A stretch of DNA of 64,000 nt from Bacilli bacterium. Its GTDB lineage: Bacteria; Bacillota_I; Bacilli_A; RFN20; CAG-826. The notes below the pieces were generated by a model, which made no database searches, had not been told where the DNA came from, and saw nothing but the letters and a program-made list of their open reading frames with translations. The DNA is taken from positions 1,399,004 to 1,463,003 of the forward strand of contig JAKVOO010000001.1 in assembly GCA_022482735.1 (NCBI GenBank), given 5' to 3'. Numbering within the stretch: the first letter of the stretch is position 1; every line of letters starts with the position of its first letter. Positions 47,385 through 57,627 of the stretch are shown here, piece by piece. A program made the translations under genes and the position numbers.

Positions 47385-49726
47385 TGCGAAAAATTATTAA
47401 ACGAGACGGTCGAAAAGAAGTATTTGATGAGCGGAAAATTTTCGTTGCTATCGATAAGGCTTTTAGTGCTGCTGATATCGACGATGATGCCAAGGTTGAG
47501 TCGGTTGTCGATGATGTATTGGCTAAAATTGATGTTATTTACAAAGACAACAAATTGCCAAAAGTTGAAGACATCCAGGATTTAATTGAGGACACCCTTA
47601 TCGAGCATGGGGAAAGTGCTGTTGCTAAGCGCTTTATTCTTTATCGGGCTGAACGGACACGGATTCGGGAAGCTAATACAAGTTTAATGCATACTTTGCA
47701 TGATTTGACTTTCAAAGATGCCTCTGAAAATGATAATAAGCGGGAAAATGCCAACATCGATGGTGATACGGCAATGGGAACCATGCTTAAATACGGCAGT
47801 GAGTCGGCAAAAGAATTTTATGTGAGTCAGGTAATTGGTAAACCATTCGCCGACGCGCACAAAAATGGTGACATTCACATTCATGATATGGATTTTTATA
47901 CGCTGACGATGACGTGTTGCCAAATTGATTTAACAAAGTTATTTGAAGATGGCTTTTCAACCGGGCATGGTTTTTTACGCGAGCCGAATTCCATACGGGC
48001 TTATGCTTCTTTAGCTGCAATCGCCATTCAAGCTAATCAGAATGATCAGCATGGTGGTCAGAGTATTCCAAACTTTGATTATGCGATGGCTCCAGGAGTT
48101 AAAAAAAGTTATCGTAAAGCCCTAGTGAGTAATGTCTTGAAAATGTATGGCATTTTTGATGAAGAATTAACGAAAGATGATGCTAAAAGCATTATTAAAG
48201 CGGCCGAAGAGCAATCATCTTGCCCGGCATCTTTAGCTTCCATAGCCTTTAATAATAAATTACTCGAAGTCCTAAAAAAACGTTTTCCCGATGCGCCAAA
48301 CGAAAAACTTCACGCTCATGTGCTGATGGTTTCTAAACAGGAAGTAGCAGATGAAACCTATCAAGCGATGGAAGCTTTGGTGCATAATCTTAATACGATG
48401 CATTCTCGGGCTGGTGCGCAAGTTCCCTTCTCCTCATTAAACTATGGAACAGACACCTCACCAGAAGGTCGTTTAGTTATGGATAAGATGCTCGATGCCA
48501 CCTTGGCGGGCTTGGGAAATGGCGAGACACCCATTTTCCCTATTCAAATCTTTAAAGTTAAAGAAGGAATAAATTATAATCCCGATGACCCCAACTATGA
48601 TCTTTTCAAAAAAGCAATCGTCGTCAGTGGACACCGATTATTTCCAAACTTTAGTTTTCTTGATTCCCCTTTTAATCTTCAATATTATAAACCAAACGAT
48701 TGGCGGACTGAGGCTACCTATATGGGGTGCCGGACGCGAGTTGTAAGCAATGTTGATAAGGATAAAGAAGTTGTTAATGGTCGAGGCAACCTTTCATTTA
48801 CCTCAATCAATTTACCGCGGATTGCAATTGAGCATCCGAATGAAAAAGACTTTTTTGCCCGCCTTGATGAATTGATGGCCTTAGTTCGAGATCAACTTTT
48901 AGAACGGTATGAAATACAGTGTCGGAAACGGGTTTACAATTTCCCTTTCCTTATGGGGGAACATGTTTGGCTTGATAGCGACACGTTAGGGCCAAATGAT
49001 GAAGTGAGAAACGTATTACGTCACGGAACATTGACGATTGGTTTTATCGGCCTTGCTGAGGCGCTAGTAGCACTTACGGGTCATCATCATGGTGAAGATC
49101 CAAAATCACAGGAGTTGGGCTTACGAATCATCAAGCATATGCGCACCCTTTGCGATAACTATACCAAGGACTATCAATTAAACTTCTCCTTAATTGGTAC
49201 ACCAGCCGAAGGTTTAAGTGGCCGTTTCGTGCGCTTAGATAAGCAAAAATATGGAGTTATTAAGGGCGTTACTGATCAGGACTTCTATACTAATTCTTTC
49301 CATGTGCCAGTCTACTACCCCATCAAGATTAAGGATAAGATTCAAATTGAAGCCCCCTATCACGCTTTAACAAATGGTGGCCATATAACCTATGTGGAAG
49401 TAGATGGTGATGTGGCCAAAAATCCAGAGGCTTTTGAAACCATTATTCGATGCATGCACGATTCTGGAATCGGCTATGGGGCAGTTAATCATCCTGTCGA
49501 TCGGGATCCAGTATGTGGCTATAACGGAATCATTGACAATGTTTGCCCGCGCTGCGGTCGAACAGAAGATGGAATCAAGTTTGAGCGTATCCGGAGAATA
49601 ACTGGCTATTTAGTAGGAACAGTTGATCGCTTTAATAATGGTAAACGTGCGGAGTTGGAACATCGCGTCAAGCATATGACTAAAGCTGATTTGACGCCTG
49701 CTTGTTCTTGCACGGATGAAAAATAA
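47385..49726 (+). CDS. nrdD: Anaerobic ribonucleoside-triphosphate reductase (class III RNR) with an N-terminal ATP-cone.
   Basis: ATP-cone [20 protein letters not shown]-terminal glycyl-radical region …RITGYLVG plus a Zn ribbon CPRCG. AAGGAAGGA RBS. The track's 47297 start is an upstream extension. Confidence 0.9.
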
Positions 49727-49728
49727 TT

Positions 49729-50226
49729 ATGCGACTAGCTGGTATTGAAACTGAATCAATTGTCGATGGTCCTGGTATTCGATTTGCGGTTTTTTTTCAA
49801 GGCTGTAATCACCAATGTAAAGGTTGTCATAACCCCACTACTTGGGATATGTCAGGCGGTCAAGAAGTAACGCTTAAGCGCGTGCTGGAGTTACTTGATG
49901 AAGCGGATTTAGTCTCAGGAGTCACTTTAACTGGTGGCGATCCTCTATATCAAATTGAATCGGCACTAGAATTAGCGCGCGAAGTAAAAAATCGCCAATT
50001 GCATCTTATTATATATACGGGATATCTATATGAGGACCTTTTATCGATGGCTCACATGGATAAGCAACTTGATGCACTGCTGGATCTTACTGATGTTTTA
50101 ATAGATGGACCTTTTGTCCTTCAAAAAAGAGATTTATCCTTACGCTTTAGAGGTTCATCTAATCAACGATGTATCAATGTTCCTCAAAGCCGAAAAACAG
50201 GAAAAATAGTTGTTGAACAATACTAA
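49729..50226 (+). CDS. nrdG: Anaerobic RNR activating protein (radical SAM).
   Basis: [12 protein letters not shown] cluster motif. Immediately follows nrdD. Confidence 0.85.
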   Translation: MRLAGIETESIVDGPGIRFAVFFQGCNHQCKGCHNPTTWDMSGGQEVTLKRVLELLDEADLVSGVTLTGGDPLYQIESALELAREVKNRQLHLIIYTGYLYEDLLSMAHMDKQLDALLDLTDVLIDGPFVLQKRDLSLRFRGSSNQRCINVPQSRKTGKIVVEQY

Positions 50227-50389
50227 AAAGAGGTTTAATCTGTTAGATGACATTTCAAAAGCAACATAATTTTTTTTAATGATATTATGTTGTCGTTTGA
50301 TTAATCTTGTTGCGTTTGTTTAGTCAAAGTTTGACAAAATATCATTGTTATATACATAATAATGGTGCAAGAAAAGATAGGCATGCATG

Positions 50390-51725
50390 AATGTGGCTAA
50401 CTCAATGCAACACCTTGATTATTCGGTTATAAGTCTTCTTTGCTTGCGGGTTGATTGATGGTTAGATTATTTGCTGTAGTCTAACCTTTTTGTTTGGAAT
50501 TCTATGAATGTTTATGACATCTAGGAATTCCTTTCCAAACTTATTTTTAACTAAGTCATAGGGAGTTTTGTCTCCTTTTGACTTTCTTACGTATGAGTTG
50601 ATGTTTGAAAACATCTCATCAACTTGTTCTTGAGTGAGGAAATCCAGACTCTTTCCTTTAGGAATCATGTAACGGATGAATTCGTGATTTCTCTCACATT
50701 CTGATTTATCGGTTGATCGATATGGATTGGTGAAGTAGGTGCGGCATATCTTTTCACCGTTTTGATCAGTCTCAATCTGGTTGAAATAGGAGAACTCGAC
50801 TCCATTGTCGGCCAAGTTGATGGGAAGTATCTTCTTAACCATCTCATTACCTAACTTATTAAATAAACGGATAACTTTTGTTCGCACATCAACAGGCGAG
50901 CTCTTTTTGATGAGGATGCCAAATTGAAAATTATATTTTGGAAATGTAATAGTGAGTATTGCTTGTTCATCACTTATTTTTCCAATGACTGAATCATATT
51001 GAACTATGTTCTCCCTTTTGTGGTGTTTAACATAGTTAGTAAAGTCTTTATACATTCTTCCTATCAAAACTCTAATGGCACGAATCTTCAATTCTTCAAG
51101 TGACTTTATGTCGCTGTGCTTATATGTCACATAGCGTCGAAGTTCATGAGGTCGAATACTCAGATTTCCTCGATAACATAATTTTCTGATGGTTCTTTCG
51201 TGACATAACATGGACAAAACCTTATTTGAAATATAAATATGATGAAGTGATTGTCCTAGATGAACTCCTTCACTAACAATCTCGTTTATTATTTTGATTT
51301 TCTCCGGAGAAATCTTTGGTTTACTTCTTGAAGACTGCCTCAAGTTTTTGGAGCGGGCCTCTGCTTCATTAAAATTATAGTAATATTTGTCCTTAGAACA
51401 AGTTTTGTATGGGCAGGCATTGCAAAGTCCATTTAGTTTATTTCTTCTCTCACAATCTGGATAAGAGCAAGTTTTAACAACTGTAAACTTATGTATTTCT
51501 CGAGAGATTGTTGATTTGTTGACACCCAAGCGAGTACCTATTTGTGTGATACTTTTACCATCATGGATACAAGCTTGGATTATCATCCTATCCTCAATGG
51601 TTAAATGCTTTCTCTTTGCTTTCATTTGCTATATCTCTCCTTTCTAAAAAGCAAAGCAAAGAAGACAACATAATTCTAAAACAAGAGTAAACTCGTCAGG
51701 TTGCATTAAGATTGTCACTTAACCA
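50390..51725 (-). mobile_element. IS30-family insertion sequence of about 1.34 kb with a single transposase gene and imperfect terminal inverted repeats. The ends contain a CAATGCAAC motif that resembles the CAACGCAAC in the IS30 IR. Boundaries are accurate to about ±25 bp.
   Basis: Left end …ggctaactcAATGCAACacc (about 50392-50415). Right end …ggtTGCATTaagattgtcac (about 51700-51722). The two are mutually reverse-complementary with mismatches. Confidence 0.7.
50462..51625 (-). CDS. IS30-family transposase (N-terminal HTH plus DDE integrase core).
   Basis: HTH_38-like DRMIIQACIHDGKSITQIGTRLGVNKSTISREI. 387 aa, which is within the IS30 size class. Confidence 0.85.
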   Translation of the reverse strand: MKAKRKHLTIEDRMIIQACIHDGKSITQIGTRLGVNKSTISREIHKFTVVKTCSYPDCERRNKLNGLCNACPYKTCSKDKYYYNFNEAEARSKNLRQSSRSKPKISPEKIKIINEIVSEGVHLGQSLHHIYISNKVLSMLCHERTIRKLCYRGNLSIRPHELRRYVTYKHSDIKSLEELKIRAIRVLIGRMYKDFTNYVKHHKRENIVQYDSVIGKISDEQAILTITFPKYNFQFGILIKKSSPVDVRTKVIRLFNKLGNEMVKKILPINLADNGVEFSYFNQIETDQNGEKICRTYFTNPYRSTDKSECERNHEFIRYMIPKGKSLDFLTQEQVDEMFSNINSYVRKSKGDKTPYDLVKNKFGKEFLDVINIHRIPNKKVRLQQII

Positions 51726-51756
51726 AAGAGGGTTAATCCTCTTTTTTTATATCAAT
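51726..51756 (+). terminator. Plus-strand rho-independent terminator immediately outside the right end of the IS.
   Basis: aaagaggg-ttaa-tcctcttt hairpin plus TTTTTTT. It has no T-run on the minus strand. Confidence 0.5.
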
Positions 51757-51825
51757 CAATGCTTTTCGTATGTTATAATACCTACACGTAATCTTTTATG
51801 TTTATGAATGGAGTGTGGTTGCTTA

Positions 51826-52842
51826 ATGCCGTCTGATGATCCTCTGCGATGGTTGATTATAGTTTGCTTGATTTTGATTGGTGCTTTTTTTGGCGCTAGC
51901 GAAACTGCATATACATCTTGTAACCGCATTAAATTAAAGGTCAAAGCGGATAATGGCAATCGTGCTGCCCGCTTAGCAGTAAAAATAACCGACCGTATTG
52001 ATCAAACCCTGGTCACGGTTTTAATATTAAATAATTTATTACAGGTTGCCATGTCAACTTTGGCAACTATTCTTTTTGTTGGCTATTTGAAGGATGAAGG
52101 ACTAGGCTCGTTAGTATCTACGATAGTTATATCATTAATTATCTTTTTAATATGCGATTCCATTCCGAAGAACATCGCTCGCGCCATCCCTGATAAAGTG
52201 GCGATGATAAATAGTTATCTAATCATGGGCTTGGTTTTTTTACTATGGCCAATATCGATTGTTTTCTATGGATTAAATAAATTACTAAGTCATATTTTTA
52301 AGATGAAAGAAGAAGACAAGGTCACTGAAGAAGATTTATCAAATGCGGTTGAAAGCATTGAAGAAGAAGGAAAACTCGATGCTGATGAAAGTGAAATTAT
52401 TCATTCAGCCATTGATTTTGATTCGACTTTTGTTAACGAGGTTTTAACTCCAAGAGAGCGGATTTATGGAATTGACATCGCTTCGCTCACACATGAAAAA
52501 TTGCACGAGATTATTCTTCATTCTTCCTACTCGCGCATTCCAGTTTATATCAATAATATCGACAATATAATCGGTGTGCTTTTTGTTCGCTCCTATTTAA
52601 AAAAGTATTTGGAAAATCCGGATATTTCCATTCAAGAAACACTGACTCCCCCTTATTTTGTTTCACCCAAAGTTAAGCTTGATGATATTCTTGAAGGATT
52701 CAAAAAGCATTCAACCCACATGGCTTTTGTTCGGGATGCTTCTAAACATCTTATTGGAATGGTGACGATGGAAGATGTTCTCGAAGAGTTGGTTGGCGAA
52801 ACAGACGAAAAAACAATAAATGCTTTAGGAGGACGCGATTAA
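51826..52842 (+). CDS. CNNM/HlyC-CorC family membrane protein (DUF21 plus a CBS pair). It lacks the C-terminal CorC_HlyC domain.
   Basis: DUF21 TM region, then CBS pair motifs. GGAGTG upstream of the ATG at 51826. Confidence 0.7.
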   Translation: MPSDDPLRWLIIVCLILIGAFFGASETAYTSCNRIKLKVKADNGNRAARLAVKITDRIDQTLVTVLILNNLLQVAMSTLATILFVGYLKDEGLGSLVSTIVISLIIFLICDSIPKNIARAIPDKVAMINSYLIMGLVFLLWPISIVFYGLNKLLSHIFKMKEEDKVTEEDLSNAVESIEEEGKLDADESEIIHSAIDFDSTFVNEVLTPRERIYGIDIASLTHEKLHEIILHSSYSRIPVYINNIDNIIGVLFVRSYLKKYLENPDISIQETLTPPYFVSPKVKLDDILEGFKKHSTHMAFVRDASKHLIGMVTMEDVLEELVGETDEKTINALGGRD

Positions 52843-52843
52843 T

Positions 52844-54112
52844 ATGATTTTTAAGTACGTTCTCATTGGTATTCTTCTTCTGTTGAGCTTCTTTTTTAGT
52901 AGTGCCGAAGTGGTTTATGGTTCAGTTAATCATTTGCGATTAAAAAAGGAAATTGAGCGAAAACCGACGCCAATAAATAAATTAGCGCTTGGGTTCGCAG
53001 AAAATTTTGGTGACACGGTCTCAATTGTTCTTTTAGGCAATGCCTTAACTAATGTGGCGGTTTCATCACTAGTAGCCATGATTACTTTATCGATGGGCGA
53101 AGTTGCTTCAAGCATCGGCGTGGCGGTTGTTTTCTTGGTGTTACTAATCTTCTGTGAAATTACTCCTAAAACGATTTCACTACGCTATTCATTTACTTTA
53201 GCCCACTTTTATGCCCCGTTAATGAAAGTTTTTTATTACTTATTTTTCCCCATTGTCAAAGTGGTGACCATACCACTTGATAAAATGAGAAATCGTTTAT
53301 CAGAAAAGCGTAAGGCCAAGGAAGAAGCGGACGATACAACCGACGAAGAATTAAACGTCATGGTGGATGAAATCGAAAAAAGTGGGGCGATTGATGAAAA
53401 GAAAGGTGAATTGCTTCATTCGGCCATTGATTTTGCCGATACGGAGGCATTTGAATGCATGACTCCACGGGTTGACGTTTTTGCTTTAGATATTGAAGAT
53501 AATATCAATCAGGTCCTTTCGGATAGCGATATTTTCACCTATTCCCGAATTCCGGTTTACGAGGGAACTGTCGATAATGTAATTGGTATAATCCCGACTA
53601 AAAAACTATTGAAAGCAATTCTTGTAAAAGAGAACATTACCCCCGATATGATAAGAAAGATTATGGTCAAGCCGATGTTTGTTCATCGTTCAAAACTTAT
53701 CAGTGATGTTTTAGAGGATTTTAAAACCAATAAACGACATATGGCTATTGTGGTCGATGAATTTGGAGGAACCGAAGGCATCATTACCCTTGAAGACATC
53801 ATCGAAGAAATTGTCGGCGACATTTGGGACGAAACCGATGAGATTGAAGAACAAGTGACAAAAATAGGTGAGGATATGTACCTCATTGATGGCATGATGA
53901 ATATTGAAGATTTTTTTGATTTGATTGATTGTTCACAAGAAGTCGATACTGATTACACCACGGTTGGTGGATTTTGCCAGGATATGCTTGATCGCTTCGC
54001 GCAAGTCGGTGATAGCTTTCAATTTGGCGGATATCTTTTTACGATTACGGAAGCGGATCAATTTACGGTCAACAAAGTAAAGGTCGAAAAAATTTCCGCA
54101 TCGGAAGAGTAA
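52844..54112 (+). CDS. CNNM/TlyC-CorC family protein (DUF21 + CBS pair + CorC_HlyC transporter-associated domain).
   Basis: Full three-domain architecture. C-terminal …LIDGMMNIEDFFDL…GGYLFTI. TAGGAGG RBS. Confidence 0.75.
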   Translation: MIFKYVLIGILLLLSFFFSSAEVVYGSVNHLRLKKEIERKPTPINKLALGFAENFGDTVSIVLLGNALTNVAVSSLVAMITLSMGEVASSIGVAVVFLVLLIFCEITPKTISLRYSFTLAHFYAPLMKVFYYLFFPIVKVVTIPLDKMRNRLSEKRKAKEEADDTTDEELNVMVDEIEKSGAIDEKKGELLHSAIDFADTEAFECMTPRVDVFALDIEDNINQVLSDSDIFTYSRIPVYEGTVDNVIGIIPTKKLLKAILVKENITPDMIRKIMVKPMFVHRSKLISDVLEDFKTNKRHMAIVVDEFGGTEGIITLEDIIEEIVGDIWDETDEIEEQVTKIGEDMYLIDGMMNIEDFFDLIDCSQEVDTDYTTVGGFCQDMLDRFAQVGDSFQFGGYLFTITEADQFTVNKVKVEKISASEE

Positions 54113-54178
54113 ATGGTTTTTTATAGATAAATCGTTCAGTCAAGAGTATAATTTTTCTTGTTTCTTTTCGAGGTATCT

Positions 54179-55669
54179 ATGAATTTTATAAAGAAGTTTA
54201 TTGGCAATAAGTCTTTCTATCATGAGCTTTTTGTCGTTGCCCTGCCGATAGCCATTCATCAGCTATTAAACGCTTTCGTTAATTTCCTTGATTCGGCGAT
54301 GATTGGTCGCTGGTCGCTAGCCAATCTTGGAAGCGCAGAAATAGGTACTAGTTCAATTATGATTGCTAATCGCTACTTTAACAGTGCTTTTAACATAGTC
54401 ACTATGTTTGCCGTTTCGGCCTCGATTTATATTGCCCAATATATGGGAGCCAGACACTATCATAAAGTAAAGCAAGTTTTTGGTTTTAGTTTTGTGATGG
54501 TCGCTTTTTTTGTTCTTATTTTAGGTATCTTTGGCTTCGTATATGCGGAAGATATTATTCGTTTTTTTGCCACCACGGAAAATGATGGAGCGGTCATGGT
54601 CAACTATGGAACGCAATATCTTCGCATTATTATCTTAACCTTTATACCATTGCTTTTTACAACCCCGATTGCTTTTGCCTTGCGGGCATCAAAGCATACC
54701 ACGATTCCTTTATTTGCCACTATCGGCAGTGCCACCACCAATTTTGGTCTTAACTTTTTATTAATCTATGGTTTCAATTGGGGAATTAGAGGTGCGGCGA
54801 TTGCTACATTTATCAGTCGCTTAGTAGAACTAAGTATTTTGCTTTTTTACTATTTCCACTATAAACCCGAGTTTTATGGTTCATTTAAAGAACTGTTTTC
54901 ATTTCCTCTATCCTTGGCGAAAAAAGTTTTTGTCTATTCGATACCGATTGGCCTTAGTCAAATTATTACTGAAGGCATCGCCATCTATATGTTTTTCAGT
55001 TATGCACGAATAGATTATGGCAATGCGATGTATATCACCTCAGTCAACCTTTCGCAACGGATTGTGGATATGGTTACCGCTTTTGTCGGGGGTATGGGAA
55101 CAGCAGCCTCGATTCTTGTCGGTTCGCGCTTGGGGGCAGGCAAAACAGAGGAAGCAGTTCAAAATGCCCATTGGCAATTAGGCTATGTTATGATTTTTTC
55201 ATTGGTTGCTACTATTTTTATGATTGCAGCGATACCATTAGTTAATTACATATATGGTTTCGAAGCTGACACCCAAAAATTACTAACCCAGATAATGGTT
55301 ATTCATGCGCTGAGTCTTCCGTTTATGTTCTTTTCAGTGAATATAATATTTATTACACGCGCGGGTGGATATTCCCGTAGTCCATTACTAATTACTAATT
55401 TGCCCTACATCTTAATCAAAATTCCTTTAGTTTTGTTTTTTGTTTTTATCGACCGCAATGCTTTTTTTCAGGCAACGGGAATCCATCAGTTTATGCAGGC
55501 GCTAGGCATTGAAGACAACCTTATCGTCTTTATTTTTGTCATTGATCGATTGGTTGAAGTTGTTCGGGCGATAATCGGTATTTTTGTCTTCCATTTCGCT
55601 CCCTGGAAAAAGTCCTTTGTCAGTCAAAAAGAAATTGAAGAAGTGGAAAGAATTGAGGCCCAGGCATAG
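54179..55669 (+). CDS. MATE/MOP-superfamily efflux transporter.
   Basis: 12 predicted TM helices. N-terminal LPIAIHQLLNAFVNFLDSAMIGRWS region typical of MATE. GAGGTAT RBS at 54179. Confidence 0.6.
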   Translation: MNFIKKFIGNKSFYHELFVVALPIAIHQLLNAFVNFLDSAMIGRWSLANLGSAEIGTSSIMIANRYFNSAFNIVTMFAVSASIYIAQYMGARHYHKVKQVFGFSFVMVAFFVLILGIFGFVYAEDIIRFFATTENDGAVMVNYGTQYLRIIILTFIPLLFTTPIAFALRASKHTTIPLFATIGSATTNFGLNFLLIYGFNWGIRGAAIATFISRLVELSILLFYYFHYKPEFYGSFKELFSFPLSLAKKVFVYSIPIGLSQIITEGIAIYMFFSYARIDYGNAMYITSVNLSQRIVDMVTAFVGGMGTAASILVGSRLGAGKTEEAVQNAHWQLGYVMIFSLVATIFMIAAIPLVNYIYGFEADTQKLLTQIMVIHALSLPFMFFSVNIIFITRAGGYSRSPLLITNLPYILIKIPLVLFFVFIDRNAFFQATGIHQFMQALGIEDNLIVFIFVIDRLVEVVRAIIGIFVFHFAPWKKSFVSQKEIEEVERIEAQA

Positions 55670-55670
55670 A

Positions 55671-56606
55671 ATGAAAATCGAAAAGTATATTCTTAATCAT
55701 CAAAGGGATCTTCAGGGTAAAAAGTATCTTGTTACCGGGGCCAACAGTGGTATTGGCTACGAAGCCACACGGATATTGACGGAGTACGGCGCTCAAGTAA
55801 CTATGGCTTGCCGGAGCAAGGAACGAGCCCAAAAAGCGCGTGAAGAAATTATTTCTTTGAATCCTCAAGCTAACCTTGAAGTGGTTGAATATGATCAAGC
55901 TTCAAGGCAGAAAATAGATGCTTTAGTTTTAAAATTAAAGCAGAATAAGGCATTCTTTGATGGCATTGTGTTTAATGCGGGTATTTATCACCCTTCAGCA
56001 AATTTAAAGACGGCGGAGGGATATCCGTTGACTATGGGTGTGAACTTTATCGGCTTATTTTACTTTATAAGCAAATTGAATGAAAGTGGAATTCTCAAGA
56101 GTGAAAAAAGCGTTCGTCTTGTTTTTGTCGGTTCATTAATTTGGTGGAACACAAAAGTTCCAACTCAATTAGATAAGGAATCGCTTAATCGACTTTCTCT
56201 TCAAAAGCAATATAATATCTCAAAAACCATGATTGGTCGGCTAACCTATCAGTTAATGAAAAACCGAAAATTAAATGATGGTAGTGCGCTACCAAATAAT
56301 TGTCAGGTTTTTCTAATGCATCCAGGAGTTTCCGCAACTGGAATAGTTAATAGCAAGTCTAAGGGCTTCTCGGAATCCTTTTCACGAGCGGCACATCGTT
56401 TCTTATATATTTTTGTTCATCATCCGCGTAAAGCGTGCCTTGGCATTATCGAAAGCTTGATATCGGAGGAAAATGACTCAAACTATATTTTCGTTCCTCG
56501 CGGGCCATTTCATATTTCGGGTTTTCCCAAAAAGATAAAATATCCCCATAACTTAAAAAAAGATGATCAACACCTTTTAAACTGGGCGCAAACCATCATA
56601 AGATAA
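55671..56606 (+). CDS. Short-chain dehydrogenase/reductase (SDR) family oxidoreductase.
   Basis: TGANSGIGYEA Rossmann motif. Y-x3-K region YNISKTM. Confidence 0.7.
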   Translation: MKIEKYILNHQRDLQGKKYLVTGANSGIGYEATRILTEYGAQVTMACRSKERAQKAREEIISLNPQANLEVVEYDQASRQKIDALVLKLKQNKAFFDGIVFNAGIYHPSANLKTAEGYPLTMGVNFIGLFYFISKLNESGILKSEKSVRLVFVGSLIWWNTKVPTQLDKESLNRLSLQKQYNISKTMIGRLTYQLMKNRKLNDGSALPNNCQVFLMHPGVSATGIVNSKSKGFSESFSRAAHRFLYIFVHHPRKACLGIIESLISEENDSNYIFVPRGPFHISGFPKKIKYPHNLKKDDQHLLNWAQTIIR

Positions 56607-56614
56607 AAATGCTT

Positions 56615-57166
56615 TTATTTGTTATTTTCTAAATGAACTAAATGTTTTTGATAAAGGCTATATATGCAATCCGCCACCTCTTCCACATTTTGATTTTCAC
56701 TATCAATCACATAATTGGTGGGACCGACATTTTCAGGCGCAAACTTAATCAAATCATTAGTGAGCCGTTCCTCAATAATCTTCGGATCATCTCCGCGTTC
56801 CAACATTCTTCTTCTGCGCGTTGGACTTTCTGCAAACAAAAAGAAAGTAACAATTCGGGGATTATTTAATTTCTTAAAAGCATTGAGGCCATTAGGATCA
56901 ACTAGCAATACCTTGTTATCGCCGATTTCTTTCTTACTTGTGCCATAAAAATTACCATTATATAGGGTCGTTTCAGCAAAAGCATTTTGCTCTTTTAAGG
57001 TTAAAAAATCCGGTTTGGATACAAAATAATAGTCGACTCCATTTTGTTCCCCTTTACGCATATCTCTTGTCGTATGGGTGATAATCTTGCGAATACCATA
57101 TTTTTTAGCTAGCGTTTTTGCCACTTCTGTTTTTCCCGAGGCGCTAGCACCGACAAGTATAATCAT
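56615..57166 (-). CDS. gmk: Guanylate kinase family protein (possible paralogue).
   Basis: P-loop GASASGKTE. THTTRDMRKGEQNGVDYYFVS. GNFYGT. GGAGAT RBS. Confidence 0.65.
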   Translation of the reverse strand: MIILVGASASGKTEVAKTLAKKYGIRKIITHTTRDMRKGEQNGVDYYFVSKPDFLTLKEQNAFAETTLYNGNFYGTSKKEIGDNKVLLVDPNGLNAFKKLNNPRIVTFFLFAESPTRRRRMLERGDDPKIIEERLTNDLIKFAPENVGPTNYVIDSENQNVEEVADCIYSLYQKHLVHLENNK

Positions 57167-57285
57167 AAGTTATCTCCAATTAATTTATATTATATATTAA
57201 CTTGCTGGCAAATGGCATAACTTAGATTAAAAACTGAAAAAAAAGATTTTTTTTGCTACTTACATATTAGAAGAAGGAGTTTTAT

Positions 57286-57624
57286 ATGAAAGTAGATACG
57301 GCCAATTTTCGTGAACTAAGTAAAGAATTCAAACGTCTAGGAGCTATATATCGTATTTATAAAGCGCGTAAAAAAATTGCTGACAAAGGCATCGAAAGAT
57401 TGAATTTATACTTGGCGGAAGAAAAAAAAGATAATAATGAAGAAAACTTTGTTGCCCTAATTAATAACTTACTCGATGAAATACCAGCGAAATATGCGCT
57501 AATTTTAAAAAGTGATTATTTCTTTTTAGAAGAAAAAAATTGGTGGCAAAAGTATTATAGTCGGGCAACATACTATCGATTGAAGTTAATATCAATGAAA
57601 GAGTTTTTATCATATATATACTAG
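57286..57624 (+). CDS. Hypothetical cytoplasmic protein and the first gene of the type IV filament-like operon.
   Basis: GAAGGAG RBS. No recognisable domain. Confidence 0.4.
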   Translation: MKVDTANFRELSKEFKRLGAIYRIYKARKKIADKGIERLNLYLAEEKKDNNEENFVALINNLLDEIPAKYALILKSDYFFLEEKNWWQKYYSRATYYRLKLISMKEFLSYIY

Positions 57625-57627
57625 AGT

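Noticed and set aside
50267-50336. Inverted repeats (caacataat…attatgttg and agtcaaag/tttgac) between nrdG and the IS, considered as IS ends.
   Set aside because: They do not pair with the right-end sequence of the IS. They are more likely the native nrdG 3' UTR or terminator region.
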